Source: a virus
Virus record (IMG/VR): IMGVR_UViG_3300013751_000152
Reading direction: 5' to 3' (one strand)
DNA: 64,000 nucleotides
Below the pieces are notes generated by a model. It worked only from the letters and a program-made list of their open reading frames with translations, was not told the DNA's origin and made no database searches. Of the stretch, positions 18,377 through 27,489 are shown in pieces. The position numbers and the translations under genes were made by a program. The number at the start of each line of letters is the position of its first letter. Positions within the stretch are counted from its first letter, which is position 1.

Positions 18377-18844
18377 TTATTCGTTTTTTATGGATGTTTT
18401 ATCATTTTCATTAAGATATTCCTTGATGGAAGAAGCTATTTCCTCTACATCCCCGCGGTTAAGGATGATCTTGCCCATCACTTGTCCAGCTTTGTCCAAG
18501 CGTACCTTATCCTCGGCCTTTTCATAGATACTCTTTATTTCTATCAGGCAGAGCAAAAAGGCACCCCCAAGGGTCATAAAGGGAAAGAACCACAGTTGAT
18601 TCCCGTAATATTGCTCAAAGTACCACACAGCACTCATCTGCATGCTGTCTACTATCGTGAGGGCGATTAGCACATTGTAGTACTGGGCGAGCTTCCCTAC
18701 GGTACGCTTGTAGCCATACGAGGTGCGCATCTCTCCGTTGTTCTTGGCTTTGCGCAGGCCACTCCATAGGTCGGCCATAATCATTACTAAGACTAAGATG
18801 TAGATACCAAAGAGGATCCACAAGGTTACAAAGATTTTTTCCAT
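18377..18844 (-). CDS. Holin (phage holin 4 type)
   Basis: Three TMs, DLWSGLRKA...TSYGYKRTVGK, EIKSIYE. Confidence 0.8.
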   Translation of the reverse strand: MEKIFVTLWILFGIYILVLVMIMADLWSGLRKAKNNGEMRTSYGYKRTVGKLAQYYNVLIALTIVDSMQMSAVWYFEQYYGNQLWFFPFMTLGGAFLLCLIEIKSIYEKAEDKVRLDKAGQVMGKIILNRGDVEEIASSIKEYLNENDKTSIKNE

Positions 18845-18875
18845 TGAATCAATACCTTTTAATTTTCTATCTAAG

Positions 18876-18911
18876 GCAAAAATAAAAAGCCCCTTCCATA
18901 TAGGAAAGGAC
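18876..18911 (-). promoter_or_regulatory. Late-promoter/terminator motif upstream of holin
   Basis: GTCCTTT-N20-TATTTTTG. Confidence 0.7.
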
Positions 18912-18933
18912 TTTTTTAAACCCTTAGTAATCA

Positions 18934-21900
18934 CTATCTCTTGTTTCGTTCGCGCAGTGCTTCGTACTCCTTGATCGCCCGTCGGAGTTCCTTCCCTGCC
19001 TTAGCGTCGGCTACGATATAGGCTTCTATACCTTCCCCTTGGAGCTTCTCTATGGTAGTGCTGAGCCTTGAAAGCACCTCGGTAAGTCCTGTAGGCACTC
19101 CTACAGCAGGGACGCTGTTTTCACTTGTAGGGGCATCCTGCTTGGTATTCTTCACCTCGCCTCCTGCTTCATAGCCCTGAGGGGACTGCCCCAAGCGCTT
19201 AGCTTCGAGCCATTCCACCACTTGTGCTACTTCAGGATCTTTCTTGAGCCACTGGGGTACCACATACTCCTCCCCGTGTACGATTCCGGCCACCTCCTGC
19301 CCGCTTTCGTCCTTAAATCCTAAGCCCTTGGTATATCCTCCCTTGGCATAGCTTGGCGCCTGCTGTGAGGCTACAATCCCTAATTGTACAGCCCCTAAAG
19401 CCCCTATAATTGCAGCAAAGACACTCCCCACGATAGGGCCTTGTTCGTAAGCTCTCATAATACCTACAGCCGTATTGGCTATAATATTCATCATATTCAT
19501 TGCCTTTTGGGCTTTGAACTGCTTTACACTAAGTTCTTTCTTCTTGGCATCGGCTTCTTCGTCCAAGCGCTGTAGCTCCTTTTGGTATTGTGCTTGCGAG
19601 AGATACCCTTGGTTGAGCTGGTTGAGTAGGGCTTTTTTCTTCTGTTCTTGATTCTTGGTAAAGGTAGCCATTTCCTTTTGGTTCAGCCCCTGTTGGAGTT
19701 GGGAGAACATGTTAAATGCATTATTCATCGCTCCTACAGCCATATCCACAGCCTTAAAGCGGTTGCTCATCTCATCAAGGTTGGAAAAGGTATCCTTCCA
19801 GTCCTTGGCCGAGAATCCCAATACATCCACCTTCTCCAGCTCCTTGTCTGCGGCATTCTTCTCTTTAGTGTCTTTGTTGTTCTTGATGTTGTCCAGCTTC
19901 TCTTTGATTTGGACTATCTTGTCCTCTATCTGGGTGATGTCCTCGACCAGTTTCTCCTTGGCTTCCCCTGTAAGGGTGGAGAGGTAGCCCATAAGGATCT
20001 GTTTCTGCTCCTCAAAGTTTTTCAGGCTCAGTGCCAACAGCTCTTTCTCGGCTTGTGCTCTTAGGGCTTTTTTAGCGTCCTCGAGTGTCTTAATCTGTGA
20101 GAGTTCCCCCGCTGATAGGTTTTCTCTCAGTTGCTTCTTGGCTTCCTCCAAGCTCTGTATCTCTATGATTTCCTCGGATTTCTGGCGGCGAAGGGCTTCT
20201 ATTTCTCGGTTTCGTTCCTTGACCCTGCGCTCAGCTTCCTTGGCGTGGTATTTCTCCCTGACTTGTGCGAGTTCCTGCTCCTTCTGCTGCTCATAGGCTA
20301 CCTCTATTTGTTTGTTGAGCTCCATCAGCTTACGCTTTTCGGCTATAGCTTTCTCCCGATTGGGATCATTACTCTTTTCCGTCGCAAGGGTGCTGATTTC
20401 CTGTTCCAGAGTGGCGTTTTCTTGTTGTAGCTTGAACTTCTTCTCATTGTATTTCTGCTCCGTGGTGGCCAGCTGCTTATCAAGGCTTTCCTCCAGCCCT
20501 TGCGCAATCTCCTTCTGTAGCTCCTGCTCTGCCTGTAAGCGGGCACGCTTGGCCGCCTCATACTCTTGGGTATAGTCTTTTGCCTTGGCTGCCTTGCCCT
20601 TGCCCTCTTTGTCTCCACTGCTTCCTACTATGGGTGTATCGGGGGTATCTGTGCTTGCTGTGGAGCCTTCTACTTTCTTGGCTTGCTCCTTCATAAGTTG
20701 GTCTGTGGCAGTTTTGAGTTCTTGCTCGGCATTTTTGATACGTTTGCTGCGATTTTCCAAGGAACTAACGATATTGTTCTGGGCAGCCATAGTCATATTC
20801 CCCATACTTTTGACGCTATTCCATGCCTTCTGATACCACGAGATATTCTCCTCAAGGCTCGAATATTCCGCCTTGGCCAGCGCTTCGGCTTTCTGATCCA
20901 CAATCGCTTTGAGGTACTTCTCTCTGGCCGCTGCCCTTAGGCTCTCCACATACCTATCCAAAGCCTTTTTAGCCTCCTCTGTCTGTGCCGTCTCTACTGT
21001 AAGATTGCCGTTGTATTCAGGAACCAATCGGTTTAGCTCCGCCACAGCCCTACGGCGCTCCTCGTATGGCTTTTGTACGTCCTTGGCTACAGCCAATAAC
21101 TGCTGTAAGTGGTTCACCTCCACCGCGGTCTGTACATTGGCTTCCTTGATGGCATCATTGTGTAACTTCTGTCCTGTAAGCGCCTGCTTCTGCTCTCTAT
21201 TAAAGGCCATATAAGCAGCCGCTGCCGCCCCTATCACTCCCACCAATAGCCCTATGGGACTAAGTTTTGTGGCCATATTGAAAGCACGCATGGCTGCGGT
21301 AGCTCTTTGTATATTCCCTGTAAGGACTGCCTTGGCTCCCGAAAGAAGCAGTGCCGCCCCTTTTCCTGCTTGCATAAGCGCTGTCTTGACCTTCAGGACT
21401 GCATTATAGAGTAGCGACTGCTGCCATGCTTGTTTGGTAACCGCTGTAGACAAACTCACCGCTGTCTTATAGCTTACCACGGCAGCAATACAGACTCCTA
21501 TCGTCTTGGCCAAAAAGGCAATGCGCTCCCTGAATACCTTCACCCCATCGCCCGCCTTGCTCGTAACCCCAGTAAGCCAGCCCAGTGCTTGGATAATATA
21601 GGAGAGCTTCTCTTGTACCCAATCACTGGTAAAGGTTTCCTTCCATACCTTCTTGATCTTCTCCCAGATGGCTGCGGTGTTGTTATTGACCTTGTTGAAC
21701 TCCTCCTGTATGGAGGTACCTTCCTCCATCGCCTCACCAGCCAAGCTCATCATCTCTCGAAAGCGATCCGCATTGGCGCCTGCTGCCCCTATAGCCTTCT
21801 GTACTTCCAGTGTGTTCAGCTTTAAGCCCTTGAGTACCTCCGCTGTACCCTCCGCGCCTAATCCCTTCATGGCTTGGGCAAATCGCAAGAAGAACTCCTC

Positions 21901-22893
21901 AGGCTTGCTCTCAAACAGTGCCCTGGCTTCCTCTGCCGACATACGCATTTGCTTGGCGAAGGCTTCCACATTGGTACCCGCTACGCTCATAAAGCGCGAA
22001 TACCCACTGGAGGCGATCTCCGCGTCGATTCCCGATTCTTCGAATGCCGCCCCTAAGCCCAAGGTCTGCGCGATCGTTGGCTTGAGCGCATCGGGTAATT
22101 GTCCTATACGGGTAGCAAAATCGGATATATTCTCTTCGCTGGCTGTACCATTGGCGCCCAGCTCGTTCAGCGCCGAGCCTATGGCATTCAGCGCTTCCCC
22201 GTAGTTCTGATTTTTTGTTTCTTCGAATAGGTTCTTGAGCTTGCCTACCTTGGTGGTAACTGCCTCCAATCCTCCTTGGAACGAATCCCCAAGGGCTACG
22301 TAGATCTTGTCTATCTCCTCGGTAAATTCCCTGAGCTGCTCCTTGTCCGTAATCCCCAAGCGCCCTCCGATCTGGGCAATATCCAGCAGCTCCTTTTTCC
22401 CTGTACGGGTGTCCAGCTCGTCGAAGTCATTCCACAGCTCGCGTACCTTCTCAGCGGCAAGCCCTGAGGTTTTCTCCACCCCCGTCATCGCATCGGAGAT
22501 TTCCAAGAGTTCGCCTACCGAATCCTTTGCCGCGCCTGCAAGCTCACCCAAAAAGTTTGTAACCAAGTTCCCCGTAACCACCTGCTTCACTCCAAACCAA
22601 AAGCCCTCGCTCTTGCGCCCCGCTGCCTCAAGGGCGGAGCCTGCTCGCTCGGCACTCCCTGTCACCTGATCAAGCGCTGCTGTAGCTTGTTGAATCTCTC
22701 CTTTTACACGCTCCAAATGTGCCTTGGCTTCTTTTAGCTCTGCCGCTTTTTTGTTGAAGGCTTCCGTGCCAGGTGTGAGTTTTTTTAGGTCTCTTTCCAA
22801 ATTCTTTACTGCTGTTGAGATTCCTGAAAAACTATCACTGATCTGTTTGCCATTGATCGTGATGACCAAATCCGTCTTGACTGTCTTTGCCAT
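18934..22893 (-). CDS. Tail tape measure protein
   Basis: 1319 aa, Ala-rich helical, TP901-like core, C-terminal YAKGGYT...GIVHGEEYVVP. Confidence 0.92.
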   Translation of the reverse strand: MAKTVKTDLVITINGKQISDSFSGISTAVKNLERDLKKLTPGTEAFNKKAAELKEAKAHLERVKGEIQQATAALDQVTGSAERAGSALEAAGRKSEGFWFGVKQVVTGNLVTNFLGELAGAAKDSVGELLEISDAMTGVEKTSGLAAEKVRELWNDFDELDTRTGKKELLDIAQIGGRLGITDKEQLREFTEEIDKIYVALGDSFQGGLEAVTTKVGKLKNLFEETKNQNYGEALNAIGSALNELGANGTASEENISDFATRIGQLPDALKPTIAQTLGLGAAFEESGIDAEIASSGYSRFMSVAGTNVEAFAKQMRMSAEEARALFESKPEEFFLRFAQAMKGLGAEGTAEVLKGLKLNTLEVQKAIGAAGANADRFREMMSLAGEAMEEGTSIQEEFNKVNNNTAAIWEKIKKVWKETFTSDWVQEKLSYIIQALGWLTGVTSKAGDGVKVFRERIAFLAKTIGVCIAAVVSYKTAVSLSTAVTKQAWQQSLLYNAVLKVKTALMQAGKGAALLLSGAKAVLTGNIQRATAAMRAFNMATKLSPIGLLVGVIGAAAAAYMAFNREQKQALTGQKLHNDAIKEANVQTAVEVNHLQQLLAVAKDVQKPYEERRRAVAELNRLVPEYNGNLTVETAQTEEAKKALDRYVESLRAAAREKYLKAIVDQKAEALAKAEYSSLEENISWYQKAWNSVKSMGNMTMAAQNNIVSSLENRSKRIKNAEQELKTATDQLMKEQAKKVEGSTASTDTPDTPIVGSSGDKEGKGKAAKAKDYTQEYEAAKRARLQAEQELQKEIAQGLEESLDKQLATTEQKYNEKKFKLQQENATLEQEISTLATEKSNDPNREKAIAEKRKLMELNKQIEVAYEQQKEQELAQVREKYHAKEAERRVKERNREIEALRRQKSEEIIEIQSLEEAKKQLRENLSAGELSQIKTLEDAKKALRAQAEKELLALSLKNFEEQKQILMGYLSTLTGEAKEKLVEDITQIEDKIVQIKEKLDNIKNNKDTKEKNAADKELEKVDVLGFSAKDWKDTFSNLDEMSNRFKAVDMAVGAMNNAFNMFSQLQQGLNQKEMATFTKNQEQKKKALLNQLNQGYLSQAQYQKELQRLDEEADAKKKELSVKQFKAQKAMNMMNIIANTAVGIMRAYEQGPIVGSVFAAIIGALGAVQLGIVASQQAPSYAKGGYTKGLGFKDESGQEVAGIVHGEEYVVPQWLKKDPEVAQVVEWLEAKRLGQSPQGYEAGGEVKNTKQDAPTSENSVPAVGVPTGLTEVLSRLSTTIEKLQGEGIEAYIVADAKAGKELRRAIKEYEALRERNKR

Positions 22894-22928
22894 TTTTATA
22901 GGTTTTAGGTGCTAAACCCTAATTTCCC

Positions 22929-22964
22929 GCAAAAATAAAAAGCCCTTTCCATATTGGAAAGGAC
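22929..22964 (-). promoter_or_regulatory. Late-promoter/terminator motif upstream of tape measure
   Basis: GTCCTTT-N20-TATTTTTG. Confidence 0.7.
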
Positions 22965-22993
22965 TCTTTTCACTCGTCACTTATCACTCGTTA

Positions 22994-23449
22994 CTATAAG
23001 AGCTGTCGCCACAAGTACCTCACAATAAGGAAGCATACCCCGTAGTACGTCACAAAAAAGAGCAGCATCGCCACCTCATCCGTATATTGACCAAACAGAT
23101 ACATACCATAGCCAAACATCACAGCAAAAACAAGCCAAAGCACCACAAGCCTTACCCGCTCCCGCTCCCGATCCCGCTGTTCTATTCGGTCAAAGCCTGC
23201 CTCGTCCTGTATGGCTCGTATACGATCCGCCGAACGCTTGCCGATCACATCTGTATAGTAGGAATACGCCACTGTGGCCACAAGGATCAGCAGTGCACCC
23301 CACCAGCGCACCACGCCTGCTATCCACAGCACAGCACCTACCACAAGGCCTATGATCACCACAAGCCCTCCGATAAACATCCAGTACTTGATCTCCTCCT
23401 CAATCAGTTGTTTTTTACGCGCTTCTATGTCTGTTACTTTTGTTTCCAT
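22994..23449 (-). CDS. Four-TM membrane protein (moron-like)
   Basis: 151 aa hydrophobic ORF following cassette B2 HTH. Confidence 0.7.
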   Translation of the reverse strand: METKVTDIEARKKQLIEEEIKYWMFIGGLVVIIGLVVGAVLWIAGVVRWWGALLILVATVAYSYYTDVIGKRSADRIRAIQDEAGFDRIEQRDRERERVRLVVLWLVFAVMFGYGMYLFGQYTDEVAMLLFFVTYYGVCFLIVRYLWRQLL

Positions 23450-23466
23450 TGCTTTTAATTTTTTTG

Positions 23467-23682
23467 TTAATCATTAAGGGTCAGCTTTTCGGCTTCTTGC
23501 TTGATATAGGCTACCAAGTCCTGAAGGTTTTTCTCATTGAAGCTATGGCCATTCTCCGCAGGCACTTTTTTCATGTTGTAAGTGCTCTCAGTAACGCCCA
23601 TTGCTTTAGCCACTACCTTTCCTTTCATGCCGAAGGTCTCCACAATCGCTAATACTTGCGCTCTTATCTGAGTATTTTCCAT
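23467..23682 (-). CDS. Small HTH protein, cassette B2
   Basis: VAKAMGVTESTY; paralog of 5222-5443. Confidence 0.8.
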   Translation of the reverse strand: MENTQIRAQVLAIVETFGMKGKVVAKAMGVTESTYNMKKVPAENGHSFNEKNLQDLVAYIKQEAEKLTLND

Positions 23683-23771
23683 AACAATAATATTAGTAGA
23701 ACAAATGATAACCAATGCCACCACTTAAGGGGTATTTCTACTTCAAACCTCGGTTGTTTTTTTTCTTTCAT
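23664..23771 (-). CDS. 35-aa single-TM peptide, cassette B2
   Basis: Hand translation MKEKKQPRFEVEIPLKWWHWLSFVLLILLLWKILR. Confidence 0.6.
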   Translation of the reverse strand: MKEKKQPRFEVEIPLKWWHWLSFVLLILLLWKILR

Positions 23772-23858
23772 AACGTTTGCAAGTTTAAAAAATTAGTATT
23801 ACTTTTGCCCTCAAATAAAAAAGAGAGAGAATTGGGGGAGGCGACCCCCAATCCAAGC

Positions 23859-23945
23859 CTAAAAAATCTTTATTGAGATTTTCCTAAACGAAAATTCAAG
23901 AACTATTTTAAAGGATTTGCATTTAAAGACTATTTTTAGATGCAT
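23859..23945 (-). CDS. 28-aa cationic/hydrophobic peptide, cassette B2
   Basis: Hand translation MHLKIVFKCKSFKIVLEFSFRKISIKIF; same position as the B1 peptide. Confidence 0.45.
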   Translation of the reverse strand: MHLKIVFKCKSFKIVLEFSFRKISIKIF

Positions 23946-24096
23946 CTCTTTTTTTTAGTTTTCAAAGAACCTTGCTGTCTTCTCTCTCAGCATCCCCGAC
24001 CTTCAAGGACATCACAAAGGTACGATATATTTTTGTATCGTGCAAGTATTTTTGTCATTTTTTTCGAGGAATTTGTGTTAAAGTTTTTCAGGTTCT

Positions 24097-24354
24097 TTAC
24101 TTCTCACTCTTCTTATACAGCTTCCACAAGAAGGCTTCTCCTTGTTCCTGCTCCACCAGTTCTATGGCAAAACCTATTTCTTTCATCAGCTCGTAGATAT
24201 CGTATTCGCTTACGGGGGTAGTGGGGATCACCCCCACCACCATGGTAAGCAGCTCAAGGGTACTCTTATAAGTACATGCCCAGCTATCGGTGGTCGCTAT
24301 AGGGCTGTAATACCTCCCTATCAGCTCCCGAATCTCTTCTGTGTAATCTTCCAT
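24097..24354 (-). CDS. Hypothetical protein, third gene of cassette A3
   Basis: 85-aa ORF. Confidence 0.65.
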   Translation of the reverse strand: MEDYTEEIRELIGRYYSPIATTDSWACTYKSTLELLTMVVGVIPTTPVSEYDIYELMKEIGFAIELVEQEQGEAFLWKLYKKSEK

Positions 24355-24365
24355 ACGCTTTCTTA

Positions 24366-24647
24366 TTAACAGCCTAAATTGTTGTATTCCTCGCAGAATA
24401 GCTCTATTTCCTCCTTGTGCCGCTGCACGATAAAGGTCAGCGAGAGCGTGTGCAGAAACATATCTTTGATAAAGGCTTCCTCTTCCTTGTCAAAAAAAGT
24501 TGAGTCCTCCAATAGCTTAGGGAACTGCAAGAGTTTTTCCTGAAAATCATCCTCGTGGTCTAACCTGCCATCTATCTCGGCGATCCAATAAGCGAGCTTT
24601 CTCCCGAGTACTTCATTGAGCGGGCGTGGTAGTCTGTTTTCTTTCAT
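24366..24647 (-). CDS. Cassette A3 gene 2
   Basis: Close paralog of 4400-4675. Confidence 0.85.
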   Translation of the reverse strand: MKENRLPRPLNEVLGRKLAYWIAEIDGRLDHEDDFQEKLLQFPKLLEDSTFFDKEEEAFIKDMFLHTLSLTFIVQRHKEEIELFCEEYNNLGC

Positions 24648-24976
24648 AGCACACCTCCTTCCTTTACTTTAGCATAAGTGATAGCCCCATAGAGCGAGAG
24701 TACCGCTGTGGCAAAGGTTTTTCCCTTGCCCTCCTGATGGAGCGCACAGATACGCCATTCATCGGTAATCTTTCCGGTATAGCTGTTCTTCTTGGAACCT
24801 ACCTTGATCACACATTCTCCGCGAGCTTCCTGAAGAATTTCTTGAAAATACTCCTTGGCCACCTCCTCGTAGAGGTCTTCCAATAACCCCTTGGAGCGGG
24901 GCGCTTGTGGTTTTTGGGGATACAACGCCTCCGCAGTCGGAAGCATTGTCTCTGTGGTTTCTACTTGTCTTAACAT
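24644..24976 (-). CDS. Cassette A3 gene 1 (likely start MLRQV at 24976)
   Basis: Homolog of 4672-4992; start set by analogy with the other copies. Confidence 0.8.
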   Translation of the reverse strand: MLRQVETTETMLPTAEALYPQKPQAPRSKGLLEDLYEEVAKEYFQEILQEARGECVIKVGSKKNSYTGKITDEWRICALHQEGKGKTFATAVLSLYGAITYAKVKEGGVL

Positions 24977-24993
24977 AGTATATAAAATAAAGA

Positions 24994-25073
24994 ATCCGTG
25001 AGTGGGTGTTGTTAAGACAAGAGCTAACGCTTTTTGTTGTATAGCATTACGGCTATACGACACCTTCACGGAT
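24994..25073 (-). ncRNA. Structured antisense RNA copy A3
   Basis: ATCCGTGA/TCACGGAT stem, GTAA hairpin, guide complementary to 24964-24975 and 25122-25133; promoter at 25137-25144. Confidence 0.8.
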
Positions 25074-25240
25074 ATATTATAAAACAATAAAATTACCTTG
25101 CAACTTTTAACAAGTGTTGCCCTTGTCTTAACACTGCAAAGGTACGGCTTTTTTTGAAACTACCAAATATTTTTTTGCAAAAAATTTTTACTTGTCACTT
25201 TTCACTAAAAAAGAGCAGTCTTCAACGCCTTGGGATATAT

Positions 25241-25376
25241 CGTGTATTGTCTGTTTAGACAACACACGCCCCTTTTTTTACCTATTTAGACCCCCGTGTA
25301 TTGTCTGTTTAGACAACACACGCCCCTTTTTTTACCTATTTAGCCCCCCTACTATTGTCTGTTTAGACAATAGTAG
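25241..25376. repeat. 54-bp tandem repeat (2.5 units) carrying palindrome TTGTCT-GTTT-AGACAA
   Basis: Read directly; fourth copy of the core at 25738-25765 inside the antirepressor. Confidence 0.9.
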
Positions 25377-25399
25377 CCCTTGCAAACGGAAGGACTAAC

Positions 25400-25921
25400 T
25401 TAGAAAAGAGAAGGGTTCCTCTCAATGGTTTGTTTATCTATGTTTTTAAGTTGCTTCCTAAGGCGCTGATGCTCTTGTTTGAGCTTCATAAGTGCTGTAT
25501 ATTGTTCGTTTTCTCTCAGTTGCTGCTCTATCTTATCTATTTCCTTTTGGGTAGTTTCTTGTTTTTGCAATAGTCTTTTCCTCCCTATAAGGGCACCATT
25601 GAAATAGTTAAAAAGAATGTCATAGCATTGTAGCTGGTATTCCCTTAATACTCCCGAACGAGACCTTAACGAAAATATCCAACCATAAATATATTTTTCA
25701 GGCAAACAAACCATCTCTTGAAGCCTATTTGATTTGTCGTATATTGTCTGTTTAGACAATATACGGTTCAACAAATCATCTTCTGAAAGATTTTTATAAG
25801 CACGAATATAATCTACTTCTAACGCTTCACAGATAGGTTTAATAGCGATCCAATATTCATTGGACACTTCTTTAAAGTAGATACTCTTTCCATTGAAAGA
25901 TAAAAAACATTCTTTGTCCAT
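25400..25921 (-). CDS. Phage antirepressor (P22 Ant N-terminal-like) with coiled-coil tail
   Basis: YWIAIKPICEALEVD...MVCLPEKYIYGWIFSL...YQLQCYDILFNYF. Confidence 0.8.
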   Translation of the reverse strand: MDKECFLSFNGKSIYFKEVSNEYWIAIKPICEALEVDYIRAYKNLSEDDLLNRILSKQTIYDKSNRLQEMVCLPEKYIYGWIFSLRSRSGVLREYQLQCYDILFNYFNGALIGRKRLLQKQETTQKEIDKIEQQLRENEQYTALMKLKQEHQRLRKQLKNIDKQTIERNPSLF

Positions 25922-26044
25922 TGTTATAAGTTTTTACAAGAATCTTTGCCAAAATTGAATAAGAGAAAACTTTGCCAAAGTAAAACTCTGGCAAAGTAAA
26001 ACTTATAACAATTCCAAAAACAAAGATCCTTTGTTTCTGATAGG

Positions 26045-26080
26045 GCAAAGGTATTACTATCATTAGCAAATACAAAGGAC
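26045..26080 (-). promoter_or_regulatory. Late-promoter motif upstream of antirepressor
   Basis: GTCCTTT-N20-TACCTTTG. Confidence 0.65.
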
Positions 26081-26323
26081 AGATCTTTTCATCACTAACC
26101 ACTATTTCCCTTCAGAGCCTACGGGAAGGGATGCCCACTAAAAAGCCCTGCAATTTCTTGCAAGGCTACTTAAAAATCTTTTTGTTATTCCTTACCAATC
26201 CTCACTCTTTCTTTCCTAATTTAGCAGAACAACTTTCACGATAAGTTCCTGTTAGAGTTATTTTGAGAGCAAAGATACAAAAAAATTAAAAGGACAACTT
26301 TGGAAAAAATTAACCACTCCCTC

Positions 26324-27031
26324 CTAACCACTATCCATTACCCCCTCTATTTCCTTCACTTGTAGTTTCATTTGTTCCACTTCCTCGCGCTTTCTGGCGA
26401 TCTTCTCCTTAAGCACCCATAAGCTCCTCACGGCCATGCCCTCTTCACTCTTCACTCTTAGTTCTTCACTCTTCACTTGTTCCTCCCACTTGGCCAAGCT
26501 CTTTTCTCGTGATACGATATTACTGCGCAATGTATTGCGGCGCTGTACAAGCTCCATAGGGGTAAGGCGGCTGTAATCCTCTTGGACTGGCTCAAGGATC
26601 TTCTTATGATCACGCCAATATTGTAGCATCACATCACAATTGTCCATCGTCTCGAAGAGCTGCCAGAGCTGCCGCTGTATCTCGCAGGCTTTGACTTCGT
26701 CCTCCATAGGTACAGCATTCAATGTAAGTTTCAGCGAACAGGCACGGAGCCACGCCTCTTGCTTAGCCCTATACACCCCATGTAGCGCCACAGGATAATC
26801 GGCAATAAAATCCGTTTTTTTTGCCGGCTCTTCGCTTTTTTGTGGAGGCTCTCCACTTGTGGGGGTGACTTGTGACTCAGGCGCACAAGTGGGCTGAGCG
26901 GATCGCTCTTTGATAAGTCGCCTTACCTTTGCCTCTGCTTCTAAGGAATAGTAGCGAGGAACGCCTCGAAGATCTCCTCCAAGGCGTTCCAACTCATTAA
27001 CCAATTCCCTATATTGAGCTTTATAATCCAT
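26324..27031 (-). CDS. Coiled-coil phage hypothetical protein
   Basis: 235-aa ORF; contains in-frame 7-mer repeat (VKSEELRVKSEE). Confidence 0.7.
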   Translation of the reverse strand: MDYKAQYRELVNELERLGGDLRGVPRYYSLEAEAKVRRLIKERSAQPTCAPESQVTPTSGEPPQKSEEPAKKTDFIADYPVALHGVYRAKQEAWLRACSLKLTLNAVPMEDEVKACEIQRQLWQLFETMDNCDVMLQYWRDHKKILEPVQEDYSRLTPMELVQRRNTLRSNIVSREKSLAKWEEQVKSEELRVKSEEGMAVRSLWVLKEKIARKREEVEQMKLQVKEIEGVMDSG

Positions 27032-27077
27032 AATGTCAGTTATCAGTGGTTAGTCATTAATCATTGAACATTAATCA

Positions 27078-27455
27078 TTAATCATTAGCCACTCCTCTTT
27101 TCATTTGCAGCGCTCGCTCCAAGTACTGCACATCCTTGGGGTAGTGCTCCCGCTTCTGGGCGATGAGCTTCTCAAGGGTTGCTGCGCCCAGCTCCGAGAA
27201 GAGCGCCACAGCCCCCTCTTTCAGCGCCAAGTACTTAAACCCCGTGATGTATAGTACCAAGGCATTGTACGGCACCCGCGAGAGGTCTACGATCTGTAAC
27301 CCTGCTTGTACCTCCTTCTCCCCAGTGTAATATACACGCCCTCCAGGGAGCAGCACCTCGAAGCACTCTTCCAGATTAGGCTTTAGGCGCTTTACCTCCC
27401 CCTGTTCTAAGGGGGAAGTAGTCGCCATGTTCTTATTTTCTTGATCCTTTGCCAT
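27078..27455 (-). CDS. Phage hypothetical protein
   Basis: 125-aa ORF in late operon. Confidence 0.65.
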   Translation of the reverse strand: MAKDQENKNMATTSPLEQGEVKRLKPNLEECFEVLLPGGRVYYTGEKEVQAGLQIVDLSRVPYNALVLYITGFKYLALKEGAVALFSELGAATLEKLIAQKREHYPKDVQYLERALQMKRGVAND

Positions 27456-27489
27456 TAATCATTGAGCATTAATCGTTAATCATTAATAA

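Noticed and set aside
4400..24647. Diversity-generating retroelement explaining the repeated genes
   Set aside because: No reverse transcriptase in the window and the differences between copies are not adenine-specific
24976..25087. N-terminal extensions of ORFs 24644-25087 and 44573-44905, and ORF 4856-5161
   Set aside because: They run through the structured RNA and are not conserved among the four copies
25241..25376. CRISPR array
   Set aside because: The intervening sequences are nearly identical rather than unique spacers, there are only 3 palindromes, and no cas genes are present
26269..26295. Ninth late-promoter motif
   Set aside because: Spacing is 11 nt rather than the invariant 20 nt
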